36,855 nt of DNA from Octopus bimaculoides (lineage: Eukaryota), in contig NC_069004.1 in NCBI RefSeq assembly GCF_001194135.2, positions 22,429,531 to 22,466,385 of the forward strand, in the 5' to 3' direction. A program made the position numbers and the translations under genes. Numbering within the stretch: the stretch's first letter is position 1; each line of letters starts with the position of its first letter. Positions 1 through 11,129 of this stretch are shown here, piece by piece. Below the pieces are notes generated by a model. The model had not been told where the DNA came from. It made no database searches and was given only the letters and a program-made list of their open reading frames with translations.

Positions 1-43
<43 letters not shown>

Positions 44-78
44 TGTACATACATACGTACATGTACACATACATATAT
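1..78. repeat. (AC)n / (ACAT)n microsatellite
   Basis: Direct dinucleotide run from base 1 grading into ACAT/AT units. Confidence 0.95.
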
Positions 79-1609
79 ACAATGTATTTGCCAGCCTCTT
101 TATTTAGGTTTTAATTCCTCTTATCAAACAATCACCATCAACATTGAATTCTCTTGCTAACCTAGTTATTGCTGCTGCTGAAGCCTGTACATTCTAAGAA
201 TATGCTGTAGAGTTTCAAATTTCTAGTCCTTCTCCTTCATTAGAGTGCTGTATTTATATGTGCTTTTAATTATTGACTTTGAAATAGAAAAGGCTTCTCT
301 TTCCTCTGTTCACATTGTTTTGTCAAGGACAAATATAATTTACATTCAGTTTTTTTGTTTTTTTTAATATAGTAGTTGCTTTCTAGTGTTTCAGACATTG
401 ACTCTATTTATTATTTAGCAAAGTTCTCATTTAATGAATTCAATAAACCAGTTTATATGTGTTTATAGAAAGGAAATAAAACAATACAATAGAAACTGTA
501 GCAAGTCAACAGCTATGATCTGATGCTGACACAAGCTTGGCAAAATAGAAATGCATTAATCATCTAAGAACTTTGGTTTGGTAGAGCTAAGTGCTATTAA
601 AAGCATGAAATAGAGCTTCACCAATGACACCACGTGACACAGATCCAAAAGAACTACAAAACACCTGTTGTTTTAAATGCAAGAACCATGTATTTCTACT
701 GACCTTGCAATGTTAAATGAAGATGCTGTGAAATGTGTATAGCTTTTGTTGCACAAAATTTAGCTGAATGTAAAATAGCTAAGATGCAACAATGGATAAT
801 AGGATAGTTAATCTTAGTTTAAAAATGAAAATTCCTAATCCTAATTTGGTACTATGCATTAATCCAGGAATAAGATACCAGATGATGACCAAGCATGAAA
901 CTGATTGCAACATATATCAATAGCCTCATTGATAAGTGTTATTATCTTTAAATAGTTCAAATATAGCCTGGTACTATGTATATAAGTAGGAACACAATAC
1001 ATGAGAATGATTACAGATCAAACTGATGAAAGATAGTGCATTATCATTTTACATTTGTTTTCCATGCAGGAAGTGTTGGAAGGGTCATCATTGTCTGAGT
1101 AGGGTCTTATTCGGAGTTATTGTCTCTTTAGATGAGTTGGAGGACCAGATGTCACTTGTACAGTAAAAAGATTTTCCATCATTAACGATGATGTTCACAG
1201 TGTGCGAAAAAAAAAAAAAACACACGTAGTCTTACTAACAATTAAGCTCAGACATTCAGGCAGTTATGCCCTTAAAACATAAATAAGAAAAAAAAAAAAA
1301 AAAATTTATCTTTGAAAACAAAACCTAANNNNNNNNNNTTTTTTACAGTATTTGCTACTTTTTTCTTTAAATTTTGTGTTTTTAGTAATTGTTCTACTTG
1401 GTTTTTTTTTTTTTTTTAATTAATTTTTACTGATTGTTTTATACAATTAAATTGTTTTCAGTTCATTGTTTCATCTGCTGAAGTTCACTCATGACTTGTA
1501 CAAATATATTACAGTAATTAGAAACCTTGATATTAATATATTAATCCTTCCAAGGTTACTGCAGCTGTCATATTATATGATAGGGGTTAAAATTGTTGTA
1601 GTCGTTTTT

Positions 1610-1930
1610 TAATGCAGGTCAGCCTTGACATGAGCAGGGCTGACCCGATCAAAGTATTCCAGCTTTCAAAATATTGTCTGACTCCAGATCAGCTCTTACT
1701 CAGCAAGTTTAGGATCATGTTGTTGTTTAACTCCAGGTTAGCTTTGACTGAGTAAACCTATAATCACAGGTCAGGTGTTCTAGTAATGACCTAGTTGACC
1801 TTTGCTGTGTTCCTAAGACTACATTATCTAATGTGACCATCTCTTTTTCTAAATGGTGGGAGTATAATTTGCGGTTAATTTAGCTGTTATTTTTAGCCAT
1901 TTAAGCAGCCACATGCAAATTCTCTCGCTG
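1610..1930 (-). mobile_element. Degraded interspersed repeat (SINE-like) with about 3 tandem copies of its ~65-bp terminal unit
   Basis: Three diverged copies of CAGGTCAGCnnTGACTGAGCAGACCTnTGATCA, followed by the same body (ATTT..GCTGTTATTT.TAGCC..GCAGCCA) seen at 5390-5480, 21540-21610 and 32010-32110. Confidence 0.6.
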
Positions 1931-2182
1931 GCTCATTAGGATGTTCATAGATATTTGAGATGGAGATGTAGTGGAAGAGACAGTTGACTTTATGAGAGTC
2001 AAGTCTACAACATTTTAGGGGCACTATCAGTTTGTACTGGTCACCATTGAAACCTCAGGTGTTCTCAGACCCCATACAACTGATTTCCTCTGCAAAATAA
2101 GGATAACAGCAGCCCATCAAAGAAATGAGCTCTGCAAAGTGGAGTGGCTTCTGCAGCAAGTATTGCTGACCATTCTTTGCAG

Positions 2183-2238
2183 CAACACGATCACGGTCAT
2201 TACTGTGGGATGTGACTGAGCACATCATTTATTCTGAG
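2183..2238 (+). CDS. Candidate internal coding exon of an unidentified gene
   Basis: Acceptor gctgaccattctttgcAG and donor GAG|GTATGT. Only one frame is open: xTRSRSLLWDVTEHIIYSE. It ends in phase 0, compatible with 3513-3591. No homology recognised. Confidence 0.25.
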
Positions 2239-2536
2239 GTATGTAGCTCATCACTCTGTTCCCCTCCATCTTCTACTACTTTAACCCACGTTTTCTTTCT
2301 TTACCTGTTTCTTTGTATTTCTGGTTGCAGCTACTCTCTTCTAAACCTTCTTGTACCTACCATGAAACATCATTTCTAATACACTTCTTTTCCCCTAAAA
2401 TTAAGGTTAAAATTAGTTTTGCATATAACACATGACATCAGGTTGCAAAGTTTTTCCTCCACTATTGTTTATTAAAAACCCCATAATAATGTAATTAAAA
2501 AGCATTATCATTATTACATGATTTTTTATATCATTT

Positions 2537-2730
2537 TCTTTTATTTTTACTTTTTCCAGTCCTTAGACTTCAACCATATTGAGGTTACCACCCTGAAGGG
2601 TTTTACTTGAACAAATTGACCCTAGTACATTTTTTAAAGCCTGGTACTTATTCTATTGGTCTGTTTGCCAAACCACTAAGTTATAGGAATGTGAACAAAT
2701 CAAAACTGATTGCTAAATGGAGTGGATACA

Positions 2731-2790
<60 letters not shown>

Positions 2791-2983
2791 CACACTCACA
2801 CACACACACACACACACACGCGCGCGATGGGCTTCTTTTAGTCTCTATCTACCAAATCCACTCACGAAGTTTTGGTCAGCCAAAGGCAATAATAGAAGAT
2901 ACTTGTCCAAGGTGCCAAGAGTAGGACTGAATCTAAAACCATGTTGTTTGGAAGCAAACTTCTTATCACCAATCATGCCTGTG
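2537..2983 (-). mobile_element. tRNA-derived SINE (family A) with expanded internal (CA)n
   Basis: Aligns by eye to the copies at 28464-28866 and 32135-32531 (CTACCAAATCCACTCAC..TTGGTC.GCC..AGG..ATA.TAGAAGA.ACTTG.CCAAGGTGCCA). The internal CA/CACT array at 2731-2820 produces the false THTHT ORFs. Confidence 0.85.
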
Positions 2984-3512
2984 TCTATATATCAATATAT
3001 TTTAATAAAATGAATTTTTTAGAAAACTACTATATTGGATTAATGTAGATTATCTACACTTGAAACAATTGTTAAACACTGTGTCTTACTCACGGTATTA
3101 TATATATAAGGTTTTTAAGACAATTTAGGTCCCAAAAGTTGAGAAGTGTAATAAGTAACAGCTTTTATGGTATGTTTCTAATGAATAGACAACATATGTG
3201 CTCAATATTCGGTATAATCAAGATTTTGAAGTAGTTTAGTGAAATATCTATAACTTTATATATTGGTAAATGAAACTTGTGTTAACCAATTGAAATATCA
3301 TATCCAGCTGTAGAGACTATAACAAAATGGAATGTGTGAGTGAGACATATTCTCCAAGTCATCTAGAAGCGCATTAACTTCAAATAAGAACTGATTTGAA
3401 CTGTGGTGACCCATACAAGCATAGAAAGCAGATGTAAAATGAAAAAAATACTTATGAGATTTTAATCAATATTTTAATTTAAATATGAACACATTAGAAT
3501 AGGTTGTCTCAG

Positions 3513-3591
3513 GTATTGATATGTAAAGGGTTGTATGAAGGAGAATACTGGAGTCTGTTGAAATCTGGCCAATCACAACTTCATGTGATTG
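3513..3591 (+). CDS. Candidate internal coding exon of an unidentified gene
   Basis: Acceptor ttgtctcAG and donor TTG|GTAAGA. The single open frame is VLICKGLYEGEYWSLLKSGQSQLHVI+G; the other two frames contain stops. Confidence 0.25.
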
Positions 3592-5088
3592 GTAAGATTT
3601 TGTTGATCAAATAGGCAATATTCTAGTGAACTATGACACTGAGTAATTGCTGAATATTCTTGCTACAGGGTTAATGTTTTGGAGTAAAACAAAAATGGTA
3701 TAACAGCAGAATTGGTAAATTGCCTTGTCATAGTTAGCTGTGCTTCAAATCCTGTTGTAATTAACTTTGGGTTTGATAATTTAAGTATCTGTTAAGTATT
3801 GACATTAATTAACTTAACTATATTTCTCACCCTTAAATTGCAGTGGTGTGCTAGATTTAGAAATTATTATTTTCAATTAATAAATGGATCTTCAATTTCA
3901 GTTAATATATGGATTAATGTTATATCAACTTCTTTGTGATAAACTTGAAGTAAGTGGAGCTGAATTAAATGTCTTATGAATTTAGTCATGTTGTCTATAT
4001 TCTGAATTCAAATCCTGTATGAAATGAATAATTCTTTTTTTTAACTAAGTTTTTTCCCCTCAGTTACTTAGCCTGTCCGTAACACTTTCATGTGATTAGT
4101 TGAAGGGAAAGACTAAGAGCAAAAGAAAAAAGAGAGAGAAAAAGAGGGTAAGGTGAAGAATGAGAGACAAAGTGAGAGAGTGCTGTGTATTAAATCTATA
4201 GAATTGTGCATAAAGTATATAAAGTGCATTAAGTAATCATTGTATTCCAATTTCCTTCACTTTTCACTGATTAGCAGATGAGTGACTATCTTTTGCTACA
4301 GACACAACACAGGCTATGCTTTCAGGTTTCTTGGATAAAGTTTACAGAAATAGCCCAATAAGTTTATCATTGATTCTGTGAAATGTTCACGAGTCCCACT
4401 AGTCTATATAAAATGTATGTGTGTCTTTGTGTTTGTTTCCACACATACAAATGCTCGACAACTGGTATTGGTTTATGTCCCTGTAACTTAGCTGTCTGGC
4501 ATAAGAAAATGATAAGTACCACGCTTATAAAATAAATAAGTACTGGGAGCGATTTGTTTGACGAAACCCTTCAAGGAGTCACTCCAGCATGGCCATAGTT
4601 CAATGACTGAAATAAGTAAAAAAATAAAAAATATTTAAGGAGAAAATTACCATACTTTAGTGGAAAGTTTCCAATAAACTGTCCACTTGCTGCCCTGTTT
4701 GACTAAGCATTTGCTGATGTATGTGCAGGCCTGGGCAATTTTTTTTATTTAGGAAGATTAGAGATTGCCCAAGCATACAAGTTTTCACTTTCCATGCTAC
4801 TGATGTTTATGCAAGGGAAAGGTCACTGACGTGGGCCAATACAGCTTGGCATCAGTGTTGTTGCATGCATTACTGTCAGAACTGGAATAAAAATGGCAAG
4901 GCATCTCACCTAGCCCTCTGACAATTCCACCAATCCACTATCCTGGACTGCTGTCTTTTATCAATCCCAAAAGGATGAAAGGCAAAGTTGTTCTTGGTGG
5001 GATTTGGACTCAGAACACAGAGAGTCAAAACAAATCTTGTGAAGAATTCATCCCAACTTTTTAATGACTCTGCCAATTTGCTGCCTTA

Positions 5089-5480
5089 GTTTTATTCCTG
5101 AGGTCAGCTCTGACTGAGCAGACCTGTGATCACTTTGATCAAAGGTGTTCCAGTCATGACTATATTGATGTTGTTTAGCACCAGGTGATCCCTGACTGAG
5201 TCGACCTATGATCATAGGTGATCTAGTCATTACTTTATTGTTTAACCCTCGGTTAACCCCAATGGATCAGACCTATGATTGTATGTATTTCAGCCATGAC
5301 TATAGAGTTGTTTTTGTTGTCTTGTTTGAGGTTGACCCTGAATGAGCAAGCATTTGATCAAAAGTGTTTCAGCCATAACCTACTCTATGTTTTGCTGTGT
5401 TCTTTTCAAAACGGTAGGATGTTGATTTGACAACAGTCTGGCTGTTATGTCTAGCCAGTTGAGCAGCCATATAGAGGCTC
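5089..5480 (-). mobile_element. Interspersed repeat with 4 tandem diverged ~65-70-bp terminal units
   Basis: Units at ~5089-5163, 5173-5234, 5240-5303 and 5324-5381, separated by TTG/GTT linkers, then the element body to ~5480. Confidence 0.7.
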
Positions 5481-6039
5481 TCATGTTTGGTTTGATTCCC
5501 AGTTTGGTTTGATTTCTAGATTTCACTTAATTTACTCTGAGAAAGGAATGAATATAACAATTTCATCAAAGTCATTAATGTTAATTTGTAACACATATAT
5601 GCCAGCCTCAGATTAAAATACCATTAAGTGAGCCTCTATATGGTTCCTAGACCTGCTAGAAATAAATGATATAGGGGCATAAGATAATATAATCTTGCAT
5701 ATTGTGTACTTTAAAATAAACTGGAAGCTCATGCTTAACCAACTTTGACCATAGGTCTCTTTAATCAAGGCTGACCTGGGGCTAAACTACAATGGCAATA
5801 ATAATTTAAGATTATATAGATTGTTAAGTGAGAAAAAAGACTGAAACATTTGATGTTTGTTTCTGTTTATTTCACTTGTATGTTATATAAATGAATAAAT
5901 AGATATATAGTTAATTAGTATTTCAGTGATGAGACTATTAACCTATATTAACTTCAATTAACCTATATTTATTTTCTTTCTACACTATATTTTAATTAGC
6001 ATATTTTCTGATAATCATCCTTGTTTGAATGCAATAACT

Positions 6040-6137
6040 ATATCTGCTGTTCTAACCCAATAATCATATTTGCTGTTCTGATGGAATAATCATATTAGAT
6101 ATTCTGATAGAACAATCATATTAGATATTCTAATATA
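6040..6137. repeat. 26-bp minisatellite, about 3.8 copies
   Basis: ATATCTGCTGTTCTAACCCAATAATC / ATATTTGCTGTTCTGATGGAATAATC / ATATTAGATATTCTGATAGAACAATC / ATATTAGATATTCTAATATA at 6040, 6066, 6092 and 6118. Confidence 0.85.
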
Positions 6138-6664
6138 CCTGATACATTTGCCTCTCTTTTTGTCACTTATGTCTTTCTCTCTGGGTCTTGCATTAAAAAC
6201 CCATGTCTAACACTTCCTTTCCCAAAGCACCAACTCTCTTAAATTGTGTCCCCATCCATGTTTTTCCTGCAGTTGTCAACATTTTTTTTTACTTGTTGAG
6301 TCAACAGGAATGGACAGAGCTCGTGACCTTTAGTCAGATTGATGTCATTAATATTTCTCTCAAACCTTTATAAGTCAATACCTACACAAAAATTCTTCAA
6401 TCTCACTAGTCTCTGAGCATCTTAAGAAAAAGTAACCTCTCTCTCTCTCTCATCACTCTATTTCTTCCTTCACCCACTTGCCCTGGTCCTTCTGTTGTTG
6501 CTCTCTCTTCTGTTCACGCTACCTTGAATGAAATGGAGGCACTGTAGGGTAGTAAGGATTCTTAAAACTTGCAAGGCACAAAACAACCTCACTAGTGCTG
6601 GTGTCACCTTAAAATGTTCCCACTATACTCTGTAAAGTGGTTGACAAACAAACAGAGATGACAT

Positions 6665-7765
6665 TCAAGAGTTGTTGTAAAGTTCATAGGCTGACTAAGA
6701 TATTCTCATGGAATGTAACGAAATGAGGTGTATTTTCCAACACAGTCTCCCTTGTGGCCCACACACTTCTTCCATTGTTGTTAAAATGCATGGATCCCAT
6801 TGGTAAAGAAGCCTTCCTTCTATTGGTAAAAAAACCCATCAGCAGCAGATATGACATCATCATCCCTACAATAATGATTCCCAGCCAAATGTTTTTTCAT
6901 GTTGGGGAACAGATGATAGTCAGATGGGGCGAAATCAGAATAGGGGTGGTGATTGGCCAACTGAAAGCCATGATCATGTACAGCAGCCATTGAAAGCAAG
7001 GACTTGTTTGCTGGAGCATTGTCCTGATGAAACAAGATCCCCTTTGTCAGTTTCCCTGGGTGTTTCGTCATGATAGCCTTTCGAAACTGCCTCAGCAAGT
7101 TGACATAGTACATTCCGTTGATGTTGTGGCCCTTTTAAAGATAGTCAATAAACACAATGCTTTTTGCACCCCAAAAATCTGAGACCATCACCTTCCCTGC
7201 AGATGAAATGACCTTGGATTGTCTCTTTGTCTCTGGCTCAAAATGATGTCAACACTCATCCTGGATTAGGAAACCTTCAAGGAAATCAGCCAGATCTGTC
7301 TGAAACAATGTTAGATTTTCCTGTGATGTGATCAGACTGGTGCACTTTTGATCAGGTGGTAAGAGATGTGGCAGTCGTTGAATAGAAAACTTCATCATAT
7401 CAAGTTCATTGTGCAGAATATTCTCAACTGTCTTAAGGATGAGTTAATCTATAATCAATCACCTATCATTTGTCAGCATGTGGTGAACACAATCATTGTT
7501 TTCCTTGATGGTGGCAATTACAGGATGTCCAGACCTTGGGTAACCTTCAAGAGTTTCCCTTCCTATCTTATATTCAACTACCCTCTTTTGCATTGTTGAT
7601 AAAGTTGGAGTGTCATCCCCTAATGTAGCAACCATATCAGCATGAACATCGTTGAGAGCTAAACCCTTTTTCAGCAGGTACTTGATAACACCACAATGCC
7701 AAATTTTGTTCATATATTGTTCAGTATATTGAAGGGTATTCATTCCAGAGGGAGAATGAATGCTA
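6665..7765 (-). mobile_element. Mariner (DD34D-type) transposon relic
   Basis: Contains mariner transposase fragments (next feature). A degenerate TIR-like end lies at ~6665-6695; no partner TIR was found at the other end. Confidence 0.85.
6731..7713 (-). pseudogene. Mariner transposase pseudogene
   Basis: N-terminal HTH region MNKIWHCGVIKYLLKKG...GRETLEGYPRSGHP; first catalytic D in QDEC*HHFEPETKRQS; KVISSAGKVMVSDFW; HQDNAPA; PYS-DFAPSDYHLF (YSPDLAPSD motif lacking one codon). Multiple stops and indels. Confidence 0.9.
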
Positions 7766-8340
7766 GCAGTTCCAAACTGTATATATCCAATACATACCTC
7801 TTACCTATTTATCTTTGCTCTCATCAGAATGTATTTTATTCCATGCACAATGCTGGGTCTGCTAGCATTCACTTTCATTTTCCCTCAATATGGAGTACTG
7901 CGTAGCAATTTTTTTCATCTTCTTACTTTGCTGTATCACTTAACCACTCTTTCTGATCATGTAATTACCTAAAGAGGACCCAATCCAACTGGATTTAATT
8001 GGACCCTCCTACCCTTCTGGTTATAATGAACCACAACAAATATCATTGATGAGGAACATTCTTTTATTGTCTAACCCAGTGATTCCCAACGTGATCCCTG
8101 GGGCTCACCAGTGGTCCCCAGAGACTTTCTAGTCGTCCCCAGAGAATTCGTAGCCATAAAAAAAATTGAAGCCATTTCAGATCTACACATTATTGTTCGA
8201 TAATAAAGACACTGTTAGTTAACAATAATTTATATGAAGACAGAATAATAAGAAAACAAAATTGAAGACATTTTTTTAAAGAAATAATACATTTCTAAAT
8301 CTCTCAGAGAGATTTATGCAGTAGTGATACAATGAAGTAG

Positions 8341-8510
8341 TTGTATGCTGTCAACTTAATGTGACAGTCCCCTGAAGGGAATAATACTACTGTTGGTTAG
8401 ACCTAGGAAGCTGCACCGCTTCCTGTTGGCCTTGACACATTTCCTGACACATTACCAACAGTAGTATTATTCCCTTCAGAGGACTGTCACATTAAGTTGA
8501 CAGCATACAA
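8341..8510. repeat. Inverted repeat, 57-bp arms (1 mismatch), 56-bp spacer
   Basis: 8341-8397 is the reverse complement of 8454-8510 except CCCC vs CCTC. Confidence 0.95.
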
Positions 8511-8852
8511 AATTCAAAGCTATCGAAAAGGTTGCAAGATGCAATGAAAATTTTAGGAAAATAAAAATAAGAAATAAGTGGAAATTTTACCGGTGAGAAA
8601 ATGACTCTCCCCAGACACAACAAAATTCAATAATTATTCCAAAAGAATCAATAATGTATAATATATAATCAATAATATATTACAATCAAGAATTACATAA
8701 TTTAAATTTTACAATCACAGTAGTTTCATAATAAATTTGATATTTTTAATAGATCACTACACAATATTGTTTAATAATAAATTTAATACTTTTAATTTAT
8801 TGAAATAAAGTATTTATTATTTTATAGAAATAAAGTATTTATTATTTTAATT

Positions 8853-8912
8853 TTTTTTAAGATCAGTTGTAATAATGTCTGTTCAGACATTATTACAACT
8901 GATCTTAAAAAA
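8853..8912. repeat. Perfect 29-bp hairpin with 2-nt loop
   Basis: TTTTTTAAGATCAGTTGTAATAATGTCTG-TT-CAGACATTATTACAACTGATCTTAAAAAA. Confidence 0.95.
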
Positions 8913-8921
8913 GATTTTATC

Positions 8922-10762
8922 ATGTTTGGTTTTGTATCTCTTGACTCAAAACCTATGTGTCTTGAATGTGATGCCATCATGACAAATCATTCCATGAAGA
9001 AAGTTAAGCTGGAGCAGCACCAGAAATTAAGGCATCCTTCATCTGTTGGTAAAGGTAGGGAATATTTTGGGAATAAAAAGAAAATACAGCTAATCAAACT
9101 ACCTGACTTTGTAAAGAAGATAAATACTGAAAAAGTGAAGACACTCAAACCAAGTTATTTGGTTTCTGAAATTATTGCCAAGGTTGCAGCACCTCAGATT
9201 TATGGTGAGAAACGTGTCAAGCCTTCTATGAGGGCTTGTGCAAATGGGGTTCTGGGAAAAGATGCTGCATCTACTCTGAGTACAATTCCACTTTCAAATA
9301 AGACAATTACAAGAATACAGGATGAAATGTCTAATTTTGTCGAGGAGAAGATTGTGGAAATTCTCCAAAAGACAATTTTTTCTATCCAGGTTGATAATAG
9401 CACAATTCATAACCAAGTTATCCTTCTGGTCTATGTCAGATTCATCCATGAAGATGGTATAAGGGAAGAAATGTTATTCATTAAAAGTTTGTCTGAAACT
9501 ACTAATGGAGAAGATACATTCAATGAAGTAATGCAGTATTTTAATGATAAAAATATTCCATTGACTAATTTGATCAACATCGCATAAGATGGAGCTGCAG
9601 CCATGACTGGAAAAGTGAAAGGCTTTGTTTCTAGAATGAAATCAGTTGCTCCTCACATTTTTTATATACATTGCATTATCCACAGACAGCATTTGGTTGC
9701 TAAGAATATTGGAGGACACATGGAAGAAGCACTCAACATTGCCGTACATGCAATTAACTTTNNNNNNNNNNNNNNNNNNNNNNNNNNNNNNNNNNNNNNN
9801 NNNNNNNNNNNNNNNNNNNNNNNNNNNNNNNNNNNNNNNNNNNNNNNNNNNNNNNNNNNNNNNNNNNNNNNNNNNNNNNNNNNNNNNNNNNNNNNNNNNN
9901 NNNNNNNNNNNNNNNNNNNNNNNNNNNNNNNNNNNNNNNNNNNNNNNNNNNNNNNNNNNNNNNNNNNNNNNNNNNNNNNNNNNNNNNNNNNNNNNNNNNN
10001 NNNNNNNNNNNNNNNNNNNNNNNNNNNNNNNNNNNNNNNNNNNNNNNNNNNNNNNNNNNNNNNNNNNNNNNNNNNNNNNNNNNNNNNNNNNNNNNNNNNN
10101 NNNNNNNNNNNNNNNNNNNNNNNNNNNNNNNNNNNNNNNNNNNNNNNNNNNNNNNNNNNNNNNNNNNNNNNNNNNNNNNNNNNNNNNNNNNNNNNNNNNN
10201 NNNNNNNNNNNNNNNNNNNNNNNNNNNNNNNNNNNNNNNNNNNNNNNNNNNNTGGCATCATTTCAAAATTTTAACACCACTGTTCCTACATCAGAATGCA
10301 TTGCTGCATGCATTGCCCATCTTGAAGGTCTTCATGTAGACTTTGAGAGAAGATACAATGATTTATTAAAAATGGATTATCCACTCTGGTTTGTAGACCT
10401 AGAAAATTATGAGCCAGGAGATGAAAATTTTGAGTTGGCTGAAATGTTGTTGGATTTGAAAGAGAATATGAAACTGAGGAGAAGAGTTGAAAAAGAGGGT
10501 GTCTTTGCCTACATATCGATAAAGGAATCACACCCAAATATTTTTCGACATGTAGAAGCAAACATCATTTCTTTCCTTACCACATGGATGGTGGAATCAG
10601 CATTTTCAGCTGTTGTAGATATTTTTGAGTAGAAAAAGAAATAAATTAGATGTCAACAGCAGAGGAACTATCAGACTAAGACTAAATGAGTTCATTAAAA
10701 TTAATTATGATATCTTGTGTCAGAAATACCAATATCAAGCTAAATGGACTAATGATGAATGA
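8922..10762 (+). pseudogene. hAT/Buster transposase, interrupted
   Basis: BED-finger CLECD...HQKLRH; FSIQVDNST (D1); DGAAAMTGK (D2) directly after a TAA at 9585-9587; HCIIHRQHL (CxxH); TTWMVESAFS (E); +1 T frameshift at ~10622-10626 before SRKRNKLDV. An assembly gap at 9762-10252 hides the middle. Confidence 0.92.
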
Positions 10763-11129
10763 CTTTATGAAAAATGATTTTGATATGTTGTGTTTATCTT
10801 TGTTTACTAAAATAAATTTTTAATTTTCTTTTATTTGTTAAAATAAATTTTAAAGTGTAAATAGACTATTTTGTCTTTTAAGTATTTTAGTGTGAAAATA
10901 GAACAGCATAAAGTAAAAGTAGAAGTTGGGAACCACTGGTCTAACCTATATTCCTTCAATGATGGAATACCCAACTTATAGTCTTCACTTGATATGATGC
11001 TCCAATAGCTGGAATATTCCAGAAACAGCTGTCAGAGACTATACCAGTTTGTACTATTTTTACTATTTATTATGTAGCAAAATTTTTTTTAGATTGAATT
11101 ACATGAAATCAAATATCCTTGTCCTGCTT

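Larger units (their letters stand above)
8077..10938 (+). mobile_element. Full-length hAT transposon, Buster (Charlie/TcBuster-like) group
   Basis: 14-bp TIRs CAGTGATTCCCAAC (8077-8090) and GTTGGGAACCACTG (10925-10938) with 1 mismatch. Perfect 8-bp TSD GTCTAACC (8069-8076, 10939-10946) with the central TA typical of Buster targets. Encloses a transposase. Confidence 0.95.

Noticed and set aside
876-905. CCAGATGATGACCAAGCATGAAAC, a possible second hammerhead
   Set aside because: Core and stem II do not fit the consensus without several assumptions, and there is no Penelope context.
2607-3013. ORFs rich in THTHT / HTHT
   Set aside because: Translations of a (CA)n microsatellite inside a SINE.
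9762-10252. Long ORFs spanning X runs (also 34430-34779)
   Set aside because: Assembly gaps; the frame offset across the hAT gap cannot be read as a real frameshift.
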